Assembly (NCBI GenBank): GCA_963722525.1
Contig: CAVRMM010000002.1
Coordinates: 1,467,925-1,531,924 of the forward strand
Length of the DNA: 64,000 nucleotides
Reading direction: 5' to 3'
Source: an uncultured Actinomycetes bacterium
Lineage (GTDB): Bacteria > Actinomycetota > Thermoleophilia > Gaiellales > F1-60-MAGs149
Numbering within the stretch: position 1 is the stretch's first letter; each line of letters begins with the position of its first letter. Below, in pieces: positions 49,081 through 58,079 of the stretch. The notes under the pieces were generated by a model. It worked only from the letters and a program-made list of their open reading frames with translations. It did no database searches and had not been told where the DNA came from. A program made the translations under genes and the position numbers.

Positions 49081-51499
49081 TCATCGCCGGTAGACGGCTC
49101 CCTGCTGGCTCACATACCAGCGGTTGAACTTGTCGGTCGAGATAGGGTCGCGGGAAGCCGAAGCCGACGCAGCTCGCGTCGAGCGCATCCCGGGCGCGGC
49201 CCTCCACCCAATTCGACCGGCTCGCGTACACCCACGCGTGCTGGTCGAGCGTGCGCGGGGTGACCGCGTTCTGGAACGACGTGCGCGCGGCGCCGCGAAC
49301 GCGAACAGCCGCAGTTGGCCGTAGCGGTCGGCGTAGATCTGGGCGCCCGCCGGAGCGTGCAGGCCCAGCCAGCGCGCCGCAGCCTGCTCGCCGGGCGAGA
49401 TCGCAGAATCGCTCATAGTCCTCGCCGGATTGGTAGAGGTTCGCCGCATCATGCGATTCGGTGACCACCGTGAGAGATCCCGAGGCGGTCACAGCCACGA
49501 GCAGCATGCCGGCGACGAACGCGCTCATTCGCGAACCGACCGACGACGTTGCGACTGCTCGTGCGGTCGAGCAGGAACGCCAGTCCCACTCCGGTGAGGG
49601 CCAGCGCCTGGACACTCAGCCGCTCGAGGTTGTAGAACGTGGCGACGGTGCCGCTCAGACGCGCCACGGCCAAGAGCGCGAGCACGCCGACGGCCAGGGC
49701 GCCGACCAGGCGCTCGGTGGGCGATGACCGCCGTCGGAGGGCGAGCGCCAGACCGCCGAGTGCGCCTAGCAGGTTGACGAGTTGCAGCAGCACGGTGTTC
49801 ACCGAGCCGCAGCGTTCGGGCGGCATCCACGTAGCCACGAGCCGGCACCTTGTCGTCGCGGAGCGCGTAGCGGGGGTCGGAGCCGGCCGGCAGCGGGATC
49901 GACCCACGGCCGCTCCTTCGCGTAGACCTCCGGCGACTCTCCGCTGGTACTCGGCAGCCGTGAAGGATCCCACCGGCATTGCCGCCGAGGTAGGCGTCGA
50001 TCGGGTTCTTTCCGGCGGCGTCCGGCAGGAACCGCAGCCCGTCGTCGGCGATGGAGCCAAGCGCCGAGCCGGCGTTCGAGTACGACCTGCGTCACCGGGC
50101 CATACCAGATCGCGGAGGCGCCGCCGAGGACCACCAGCGCGAACGCGGCGGTCGGCAGGAGGCTCACCGGCCTCCTCATGCACGTGAGCGCCAACGCCGA
50201 CCACAAGGCCGAGCGCGAGCAGCGCGATCGTGGCGTACGCGGTCGAGTAGTGCGAGACGACCAGGCCGACGGCGAAGATCGAGAGGAGCCAGCGGCGGGT
50301 CGAGCTCGCGAGCTGGCGGTCGGTCAGCACCGCCAGCAGCGCCGCGAACTCAAGCAGAGCCATCTCCTGGCGGGCGATCGCCGGCAACTGCTGGACGAAC
50401 GCGGCCTGCGCGACGATCACGAGGCCGGCCACGTACGCAGCGCGCATCGACACGACGCGCCGCGCGATCAGGAAGACGCAGACCGGGAAGAGCGCCAGGA
50501 AGACCGGATAGACGACCTTCAGGATGACGGCCGCAGAGAGGCCGGCAAGCCCGTGTAGCGATGCCGGGATGAGCGTGAGGCTCAGCATCGCGCCGTAGGC
50601 GTCGTCCGCATGCAAGCCGCGGCCAGTGACCCGTCCGGAGCAGCTCCGACAGCGTTGCGTACTCGCCGGTGATGTCCCAGCCGAATACCGTCGACCCCGG
50701 CAGCGTGTAGGAGTAGACGAAGGTGAGCGCGGCGCCGAAGAGCGCGATGGCGGCGCGGGCCTGCTCGCCCGCGACCGGCTAGCACCAGGCCCGCTCCGAG
50801 CGTCACCAGTGCGGCAGCCAGGCCCGCGATCGTCAGCCGGTTGTCGTCGCCGGTCGCCAGCGCGCCGATCGCGACGAGGGCGACCGGAACGAGCGGCCAG
50901 GCGTCCCGAACTCGCGGCAGTGCCGCAAAGAGCGCCGTCCCGGACACGGCCTGAGGCGCTCGGCGGCTGGCCACGAGGCAGAGCACCACAAGCAGCCCAT
51001 CGAGGGCGGCGAGCAGCGGGATAGCCTTCGAGCGGCCGCTCCACCCCGATCGCGGGACCCACGAAGTTCGCAATCAGGGCGCCGGCCGCCAGCGCGACGA
51101 TGCTGGCTGCGGGCACGTACGGGGGGAACTGCAGCATGCGGCGCCGGGGTAGCCCGGCCGCCTCGAGCAGGATGACGCCGGGGACGATCAGGAGAGCGAC
51201 GGTCGCCACCGCCATCGCCGCCCACCAGCCGTCAGCGACGAAGCCGACGAGTACGGCGCCGTTGAGGAGCAGGAGCGCGTTCTCCCGGAGGCCGACGCGC
51301 GGCATCAGCGGGATCGCCAGGCCGACGCCAACCCACAGCGTCCACGCCTGTTCCTGCGTCAGGGCCGCGGCGGCCGCGAGAAGGGCCACGCGCCCAGAAC
51401 ACGTGCACGGCTCTGATCTGCCGCTGGCGCGGGGGGAGCACCGGCGGCGGCTCGGTAGGGTCGAGGCGGTGCCGGACGGGCCGGAGCGGACACTGTCAT
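49081..51499 (-). pseudogene. large polytopic membrane protein, DUF2206-like (possible glycan polymerase or oligosaccharyltransferase-like), many frameshifts
   Basis: The ATG at 51499 overlaps the upstream GT4 stop.
- **TM-rich fragments:** ALLAAAAALTQEQAWTLWVGVGLAIPLM, AIPLLAALDGLLVVLCLV, HADDAYGAMLSLTLIPASLHGLAGLSAAVILKVVYPVFLALFPVCVFLIARR, LSIFAVGLVVSHYSTAYATIALLALGLVV.
- **Soluble C-terminal part:** DAANLYQSGEDYERF...WVYASRSNWVEG.

The family call is from memory. Confidence 0.4.
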
Positions 51500-52627
51500 C
51501 GCCCGTACACCTCCACCATGTGGTCGGCAACCGCATCCCAGTCGTATCGCCGCAGCCAGTCCTCCTGGGCGCGCGTCGGGTCGCCGTTCGCATGCGCGAT
51601 CGCGTCGGCGAGCGATTCGGCGTCGGGCGCACACAGCCGGCCCGCACCGCTCTCCTGCACCAGCAACCGCGCCATGTTCTCCGGATGGTTCGTTGTCACG
51701 ACGGGCACGCCGCAGGCGAGCGCCTCGAGCACGGACACCCCGAAGCCCTCGCGCGTCGACGGCGACGCAAAGACCCGAGCGCTCTTCATCAGCCCGTACA
51801 CCTCGTCCGGAGTTCGTACGTCGTTCCGGAAGGTAACGAGATCGTCGAGGCGCAGAGCCCGACAGCTCGCGCGAAGCTGCGCCTCCTGCGGGCCGCGTCC
51901 GACCACGAGCGCCGTCAGGGAGGTGCCGGCGGAACGCAGTAGAGCCAACGCTTCCAGCAGCATTCCCACGCCCTTGTGCTCGATCAGGCGGCCCACGAAG
52001 AGGACGTGCGCGGATTTGGCCGCGGGCGGTGCGGCGCGAATCGCGTCGAGTTCAATCCCGCCCGGCACCAGGTGGACACCGGTGGAGCGTCGGACTCGCG
52101 CGCGGAGGTACTCGGCGGTGGCGGGCGACACGGCCACGATCTCGTCCGGCAGCAGCACCGCCACGCGACCAAGTGCCGCCCCGAGCAGTCCGAGGCGGCC
52201 GAGGTGCTGGCGCCACTGCGTCAGATCCCAGACCTCGTGCCAGGTGACGACGAGGGGACGCCGGCGGATGAGGGCGACCAGCTTCAGCGCGAAGATCTGT
52301 GGGTACGGCACGGTGTCCACCTCGATGACGTCGAAGCGCCGGAACAGCAGACGCAGCGACGCCGCCCCGAAGAACAGGCTCTGCCGCACCGAACGTCGCC
52401 CGTCGCGGTAGAGCTCGTGCAGGCCGCAGATGGCGCAGAGCCCGACGGCGCCATCGCGACTGCCTGGCCGGTCCGTCCCACCACTGCATCGTGTAGACGG
52501 TGACGTCGGCCGTCCGGGCGACGCGCCGTGCGATCTCGTGGTAGCGGATCTCCTTGCCACCCTGGTAGTAGGGGTAGATGGAGTCCGACACGAGGGCCAC
52601 CTGGAGGCGCTCTGCGACGCGGGTCAC
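51496..52627 (-). pseudogene. GT4-family glycosyltransferase, one frameshift near 52450
   Basis: The GTG at 52627 overlaps the upstream stop (GTGA). The N-terminus is VTRVAERLQVALVSDSIYPYYQGGKEIRYHEIARRVARTADVTVYTMQWWDGP. ORF 51496..52560 then follows: VVTWHEVW..., VLFVGRLIEHKGV, ASPSTREGFGVSVLEALACGVPVVTT. Confidence 0.75.
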
Positions 52628-53163
52628 GCCGGTGCCTCCGGACAGTCCCGCCAGAACCCGACGCTGGCCGCCGGCTCGGGGTCGACGCGCACTCCAACCC
52701 AGACGCGCCGAGCGCCCGCGGCGCAACGTACGGCAGCACGGACGGGGATCGTGACGCGTTCACCGGCCGCCAGGGTGACGGCACCGCTCGGCGACGACCG
52801 GACGGGCTTCGCGTTAGCCGTCTCGAGCGCCCACCGGTACGCGCCGCCGTCGCCGACGTCGTGTATTGCGATGGAGAACGCCACGCGGATCGTCGTTCCC
52901 CGTACGGTTGTCGTCGGCGCCTGCTCGATCGAGACCTCCGTGAATCCGCTTGCTCGTCCGCTGGCGCCGAGGTCGTCGAGCGTCCGCTGCGCCCACGCCG
53001 TCTGCAGGAGGACGACGGATCCGATGATCAGGGAGAGTGCAGCAATCCACGCCACGCGGCGGCGCCTCGCCGTGCGCCTGGCGTCCCCCGCGGGCGACGT
53101 CGCGAACCCGTCTCTATCGTGCTCCGACGCGCACGCCGGCTGCGTGCGTCCGGTTGGCCGCAC
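52624..53163 (-). CDS. small single-pass membrane protein with beta-rich ectodomain, unknown function
   Basis: Uninterrupted 179-aa ORF with a TM helix (VAWIAALSLIIGSVVLL) followed by a soluble domain. It sits between two GT genes and is translationally coupled to both neighbours. Confidence 0.4.
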   Translation of the reverse strand: MRPTGRTQPACASEHDRDGFATSPAGDARRTARRRRVAWIAALSLIIGSVVLLQTAWAQRTLDDLGASGRASGFTEVSIEQAPTTTVRGTTIRVAFSIAIHDVGDGGAYRWALETANAKPVRSSPSGAVTLAAGERVTIPVRAAVRCAAGARRVWVGVRVDPEPAASVGFWRDCPEAPA

Positions 53164-53165
53164 GG

Positions 53166-54026
53166 CTACCGGCGCTCCGCCTCGACGACGTGGTGGAGAT
53201 ACGAGGGCAGCGACGTGACATCAGCTCGCACCCGCAGGCCGTTGCCGTTGCCGTTTCCGTTGCCATTCATCGGCGGGCGCGCGTTCGTGTCCCACTCTCG
53301 CGGCGGACCGACCGGGTGGCGCGAGCGTCGGAAGAGCCGCGATCGCGCAACGATCCACAGGCAGTGGACCCCATCGCGCCACGTGATCTTCTTGCCCTGT
53401 AGGTGCGACCGCCCGTAGTAGGAGACGGGTACCTCGAAGGGGCGGGTGCCGGTGGCCAGGATGGCGGCGGCGAGTTCGGTGTCGAGGCCGAACCCCTGCT
53501 CCCGGAGGCGGACAGATCGGAAGAACGGCAAGGGAACGAGCTTGAGGCAGGTGTGCATGTCGGTCATCGCGGCGTCGAAGAGGACGTTCGCCCAGAGCGT
53601 CATGAGGCGATTTCCCAGCGCGTAACGGTACGACTGGTACACGGTGTGCACCCCCGATAGGCGAATTCCGAATACGACGGATGCCCGACCCGTCACGACG
53701 GGCTCGACCAGTCGGCGCACGTCCTCGGGGTCATACTCGCGGTCGGCATCGAACGGCAGCAGGTGCGTGCCGGAGGCCACCCGCGCCCCCGTCAGCAGCG
53801 CCGCGCCCTTCCCCTGGTTGACCGAATGCTGGATCAGCCGCAGCCGTGGATCGCGGATCCGCTCGACGATCTTCGCGGTGGCGTCCGCCGAGCCGTCGTC
53901 GACAACGATCAACTCGGTCGAAAACGGCATGTCGGTGGCGAGTATCTCCGTCACGGCGCGCTCGATCGTCGCCTCTTCGTTATAGGCCGGCATCACGATC
54001 GAGAGGGTGAAGGTGTCGTCAGGCAT
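53166..54026 (-). CDS. GT2-family glycosyltransferase, polyprenyl-phosphate (dolichol-P-mannose synthase-like) type; first gene of the 10-gene operon
   Basis: From the ATG at 54026 the sequence reads MPDDTFTLSIVMPAYNEEATIERAV...ELIVVDDGSADAT...NQGKGAALLTGA...LPFDADREYDPED...FGLDTEL. The C-terminal tail carries NGNGNGNGNG. Confidence 0.75.
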   Translation of the reverse strand: MPDDTFTLSIVMPAYNEEATIERAVTEILATDMPFSTELIVVDDGSADATAKIVERIRDPRLRLIQHSVNQGKGAALLTGARVASGTHLLPFDADREYDPEDVRRLVEPVVTGRASVVFGIRLSGVHTVYQSYRYALGNRLMTLWANVLFDAAMTDMHTCLKLVPLPFFRSVRLREQGFGLDTELAAAILATGTRPFEVPVSYYGRSHLQGKKITWRDGVHCLWIVARSRLFRRSRHPVGPPREWDTNARPPMNGNGNGNGNGLRVRADVTSLPSYLHHVVEAERR

Positions 54027-54387
54027 AAATCCAGACTGGGTTGGTTGCAAGCGACGCATCGCACCGGACACGGCTCGTCGCAGCGCGATTCGGGGGGATT
54101 CCCTCCTATCCTCTCTCCTACCCAGAAGACTCGAAGGGAAACCCCTTAACGATCGTCTCGAAATCTTCACAAAGTCGTACACGTACCACTTAGAAGCTCG
54201 CCACCGAAACGTCCAAGTCGGCCGTCGGGACGTCGGGGTAGGAGTCCCGAGGGCACGGCTGAGACGAGGTCTCCGACCAACTGATCGGTGCATCAGCGTT
54301 GCAATCCGCCAGGGGCCGGATGTGAACCACGCCGGCCGCAGGGTACCCTGCTTCGCCAGCGCGTCGGCGGTGAAGGCGCGACCGAAT

Positions 54388-54837
54388 CTAACCGTCGATA
54401 CCCGCCGCGCGGCGCACCGCGACGCTCACCTCATTGTCCCAGGGGAGCCAGACGACGTCCCAGTAGTTCTCCTCCGGATCGGCGAAATAGGCGCTCCGGC
54501 CGGGGAACAGATTCGAGTCGATCGGCTCCTTCGAGATGGTCGCGCCGGCGGCGCGGGCAGCCTCGATCGTGCGGTCGACGTCGTCCCGTTCGTCCACGTT
54601 GATGGCGAGCGAGAAACCGCGGATCCCGGCTCCAGGAGTGACATTCAGCGGACGCTGCGCGTCCTTGGCGAGCTCGTCCAGGTCGAAGATGCCGAGCAGC
54701 GCACCGCGCAGCTGGAAGCAGACCATGTCGCCGGCGTCGACCACCACCTCGAAGCCGAGCCGTTTGTAGAAGGCGGCCAGTCCCTGCACGTCGCGCGAGC
54801 CGAGCGTGACGAAGGTGATGCGGGCGGGAACGGACAT
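54388..54837 (-). CDS. VOC-family (glyoxalase/bleomycin-resistance fold) protein
   Basis: From the ATG at 54837 the sequence reads MSVPARITFVTLGSRDVQGLAAFYKRLGFEVV...FSLAINVDERDDVDRTIEAARAAGATI...GRSAYFADPEENYWDVVW. Confidence 0.75.
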   Translation of the reverse strand: MSVPARITFVTLGSRDVQGLAAFYKRLGFEVVVDAGDMVCFQLRGALLGIFDLDELAKDAQRPLNVTPGAGIRGFSLAINVDERDDVDRTIEAARAAGATISKEPIDSNLFPGRSAYFADPEENYWDVVWLPWDNEVSVAVRRAAGIDG

Positions 54838-55114
54838 GGGAATCTCCTGGTCGGCGGCTCCGACAAGTGCACTGAAAACTGGTGCAACCGGACGTATCAG
54901 GCGCGGGGGTGCCGTGCTCCCCCTGACGTGCACGATACGACCTCCCCATCCCGCCTCGTCCGGCTGCGCCCCCTCCAGCACTCCTCCCAGCGCATCGCCG
55001 ACGAGGTGCTCCGCACCGGCGCCCGCGTCCTCGTGATCGCGGGCGTCGGTGCGATCGCCGCCCTGCCGTTCGTGGTCACGGCAGCCATCGGCGGCTGACG
55101 CCCCCTCCCGCGCG

Positions 55115-56049
55115 TCAGCCGTCGATGGCGGTGTTCGCGCGGCCCTTCAGCGCCAGCAGCGAGCGGGCCTCGTCGGGCGTCGCGACCTCGAGCGACAGCT
55201 CCTTCAGGATGCGCGCGATCTTGGCCACCTGCTCGCCGTTCGACTCGGCCAGCTTGCCCTTCTCCAGGTAGATGCGAGTCCTCGAGGCCGACCCGGACGT
55301 TGCCGCCCATGATCGCGCCCATGGTGACGAGGTTCGTCTGGTGGCGGCCGGCGCCGAGGATCGACCACTGGTAGTCGTCGCCGAACAGGCGGTCGGCGGT
55401 GCGCCGCATGTGCAGCAGGTCCTCGGTCTCGTGCCCGATGCCGCCGAGGATGCCGAAGATCGTCTGCACGAACAGCGGCGGCTCGACGATGCCGCGCTCC
55501 AGGAAGTGCGCGAGGTTGTACAGGTGGCCGACGTCGTAGCACTCGAACTCGAAGCGCGTCCCGTTGGCGCCGAGCTGGCTCGTGATCTGCTCGATGTCCT
55601 TGTACGTGTTGCGGAAGATGAAGTCGCGGCTGGCCTCGAGGTACGTCGGCTCCCAGTCGTGCTTGAACTCCTTGATGCGGTCGACCGCGCCGAACAGGCC
55701 GAAGTTCATCGAGCCCATGTTGAGCGAGCACAGCTCGGGCTTGAACGTGCGCGCCGCGAGCGGTGCGCTCCTCGACGCTCATGCCGTGCCCGCCGCCGGT
55801 CGTGATGTTGATCACGGCGTCGGTGGCGGCGTGGATCTCGGGCAGGAACTGCGCGTACAGCGCGGGGTCGGGCGTCGGTGCGCCCGTCTCCGGGTTCCGC
55901 GCGTGCAGGTGGACGATCGCCGCGCCCGCCTGGGCCGCGCCGATCGCGTTGTCGGCGATCTCACGGGGGGTGATGGGAAGGTGCGGGGTCATCGAGGGCG
56001 TATGAATCGACCCCGTGACCGCGCAGGAGATGATGACCTTGCGCGCCAT
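55115..56049 (-). pseudogene. 3-keto-5-aminohexanoate cleavage enzyme family (BKACE / DUF849), 2 frameshifts
   Basis: Three fragments: MARKVIISCAVTGSIHTPSMTPHLPITPREIADNAIGAAQAGAAIVHLHARNPETG...VINITTGG; then MGSMNFGLFGAVDRIKEF...GTRFEFECYDVGHLYNLAHFLERGIVEPPLFVQTIFGILGGIG...MGGNVRVGLEDS; then KGKLAESNGEQVAKIARILKELSLEVATPDEARSLLALKG. They lie in three frames. Confidence 0.8.
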
Positions 56050-56152
56050 GCCGAGACTATAGGGCCCTCCCGCACGCGAGGGCCCGCGATCAAGCCGGGG
56101 CGCCGACCGACCGATACCGAAGGGGCTCGCACAGCGCCACGTCGGCCCCGGC

Positions 56153-57445
56153 GTGCCAGGAGACAGTTTGCCCACCGTTCTCGATGTCATCGCAGATCAG
56201 GCCGTCCGTTCGGTGTTTCAGCCGATCGTCGACCTCGATACCGGGTGCGTGGTCGGCTACGAGGCGCTGGCCCGCGGACCGCTCGGGAGCGAGCTCGAGA
56301 CGCCCGCCGCGCTGTTCGGATCGGCGCGTCGGCTGGGCGCCCTCTCCGCGCTCGACGACGCCTGCCGCATCGCTGCCTTCCGCGGTGCCCTGCGCTGCGG
56401 GCTGCTGTCGCCGCTGACGCTGTTCGTGAACGTGGAGCCGGAGGTGCTCGACGCCGCGCCGCTCGACGACCTGCTCGCGATCGCGGCGTCCGCTCCGGGC
56501 GAGCTGCGCGTCGTCTTCGAGATCACGGAGCGCTCGCTCGGCGCACGTCCCGCTGAGCTGCTGCGGACCGTGGAGCGCATCCGCCGCCTCGGCTGGCAGA
56601 TCGCGCTCGACGACGTCGGCGCCGACCCGGCGTCGCTCGCGTTCATGCCGCTGCTGCGTCCCGAGGTGGTCAAGCTCGACCTGCGGTTCGCCCAGGAGCT
56701 GCCCGGCCCCGCGACCGCGGCCGTCATGCACGCCGTCAGCGCGTACGCGGAGCAGTCCGGCGCGCTGGTGCTGGCCGAGGGCATCGAGGACGAGCGGCAC
56801 CTCGCGATGGCCCGCGGGTTCGGCGCGCGGCTCGGCCAGGGCTGGTTGTTCGGCCGCCCGCAGGAGCAGCTCTCGAGCCTGCCGGCGGGCGAGCTGCCGC
56901 TGCCGCGCTTCGACATCGACCTGGCGAGCGACTCGTCGCCGTTCGGCGTCCTCCCCGCCTCCGCCACGTTGCGCACGGCGACGAAGCGCGTGCTGATCGA
57001 GCTGTCGAAGACGCTGGAGCGCGAGGCCCTGTCCCACGGCGGCGCGGCGATCGTGGCCGCGACGTTCCAGGAGGCCCGCCACTTCACGCCCGGCACCGCG
57101 CGGCGCTACGAGGCGCTCGCCCGGGAGGCCGGCTTCGTCTGCGCCCTAGGCGAGGGGCTCCGCACCGACCTCGTGCCGGGCGTCCGCGGCGCTCATCTGG
57201 CGCCCGACGATCCGGTGCGTGGCGAGTGGGACGTCGTCGTGCTCACTCCCCACTTCGCCGCCGCCCTGCTCGCCCGCGACCTCGGCGACACGGGGCCCGA
57301 CTCCGACCGCCGGTTCAGCTATGCGCTCACGTACCACCGCGAGACGGTGGTCCGAGCGGCGGGCGCGCTGCTCACGCGCATCGTCCCGGCCGCCGCCCTG
57401 CTCGAGCCGGCCGCGGACGCCGGCGAGCTGCTCGACGCCGCGTAG
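56153..57445 (+). CDS. EAL-domain (c-di-GMP phosphodiesterase-type) protein with C-terminal DICT-like sensory domain
   Basis: Uninterrupted 430-aa ORF. EAL motifs: FQPIVDLDTGCVVGYEALARG, VFEITER, IALDDVGAD, VKLD, VLAEGIEDE, GQGWLFGRP. The C-terminal ~170 aa (LSKTLERE...ATFQEARHFTPGTARRYEALA...EWDVVVLTPHFAAALLARD) resembles DICT. Confidence 0.8.
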   Translation: MPGDSLPTVLDVIADQAVRSVFQPIVDLDTGCVVGYEALARGPLGSELETPAALFGSARRLGALSALDDACRIAAFRGALRCGLLSPLTLFVNVEPEVLDAAPLDDLLAIAASAPGELRVVFEITERSLGARPAELLRTVERIRRLGWQIALDDVGADPASLAFMPLLRPEVVKLDLRFAQELPGPATAAVMHAVSAYAEQSGALVLAEGIEDERHLAMARGFGARLGQGWLFGRPQEQLSSLPAGELPLPRFDIDLASDSSPFGVLPASATLRTATKRVLIELSKTLEREALSHGGAAIVAATFQEARHFTPGTARRYEALAREAGFVCALGEGLRTDLVPGVRGAHLAPDDPVRGEWDVVVLTPHFAAALLARDLGDTGPDSDRRFSYALTYHRETVVRAAGALLTRIVPAAALLEPAADAGELLDAA

Positions 57446-57459
57446 TCCGCCGTCGTGCC

Positions 57460-57537
57460 TGTCGTATTGGTGCCAGGCACCAAAACGACACGACGGAGGG
57501 CGAGTGTCGTATCGGTGCCTGGCACCAAAACGACACG
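57460..57537. repeat. two tandem copies (33 nt, period 45) of a 29-bp palindromic element with core GGTGCC(A/T)GGCACC, between convergent genes
   Basis: Copies: tgtcgtattggtgccaggcaccaaaacgacacg (57460-57492) and tgtcgtatcggtgcctggcaccaaaacgacacg (57505-57537). Each can fold into a stem of about 13 bp. The cores lie at 57469-57481 and 57514-57526. The 17-mer tggtgccaggcaccgat is shared with 8279-8295. Confidence 0.85.
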
Positions 57538-57623
57538 CCAGCCGTGACCGTTCTTGGCGGCTCGTGGCAGCGATCGGTGACAGCGGCGCACTTTGGTGAG
57601 CCGAATTGTCTTTTCTGGCGCGG

Positions 57624-58049
57624 CTACGCCGACTTGATGACGCGCGGGCGCTCCTGCTCGACCGCAGGATTGGCCAGCTCGGCCTGGTCGGCCTGCGTCA
57701 GCCGCAGGTACGCAACGAGGGTCTGGTAGAGCTTCGTCTCGTTGCGGCGATGGGCCTTGATGATGGCCGACACCGCCATCTCGTGGAGCTTCGCGTACCC
57801 CGACGGCGACAGGTTCGGCAGCTCGCGATCCGCCGGGTCGTAGCGACCCGCGAACAGCAACTCGACGTATCGTCGCACCGGCTCGTTGAGGCCATCGTCG
57901 AACTCCGCGGCGATCTGCTCCGCATACGTCTGCCCGATGTCCTCGGCGTGGGCGCCCAAGAGCGCGAGGTCCGTCACGTTCAGGTCGCACGGCCCCACCG
58001 CGTCGCCCTGCGTGCCCACGATCTGATCATCCCCCATGCCAGCCGCCAT
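57624..58049 (-). CDS. hypothetical protein downstream of wzt
   Basis: Uninterrupted 141-aa ORF with coding-like composition. I recognise no family. Confidence 0.35.
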   Translation of the reverse strand: MAAGMGDDQIVGTQGDAVGPCDLNVTDLALLGAHAEDIGQTYAEQIAAEFDDGLNEPVRRYVELLFAGRYDPADRELPNLSPSGYAKLHEMAVSAIIKAHRRNETKLYQTLVAYLRLTQADQAELANPAVEQERPRVIKSA

Positions 58050-58079
58050 CGGCGTTTTCCGGCCGCGGCTTGAGCCCTG

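Noticed and set aside
53238-53267. NGNGNG hexanucleotide repeat as a phase-variation switch.
   Set aside because: The 6-nt unit keeps the reading frame, so slippage cannot toggle expression. I kept it only as a minor length-variation note.
57460-57537. Possible CRISPR array or sigma-54 promoter (TGGCAC inside the repeats).
   Set aside because: There are only two repeat copies with a 12-nt spacer and no cas genes, so this is not a CRISPR array. The TGGCAC is part of a palindrome and lacks the TTGC element at the required spacing, so it is not a -24/-12 promoter.
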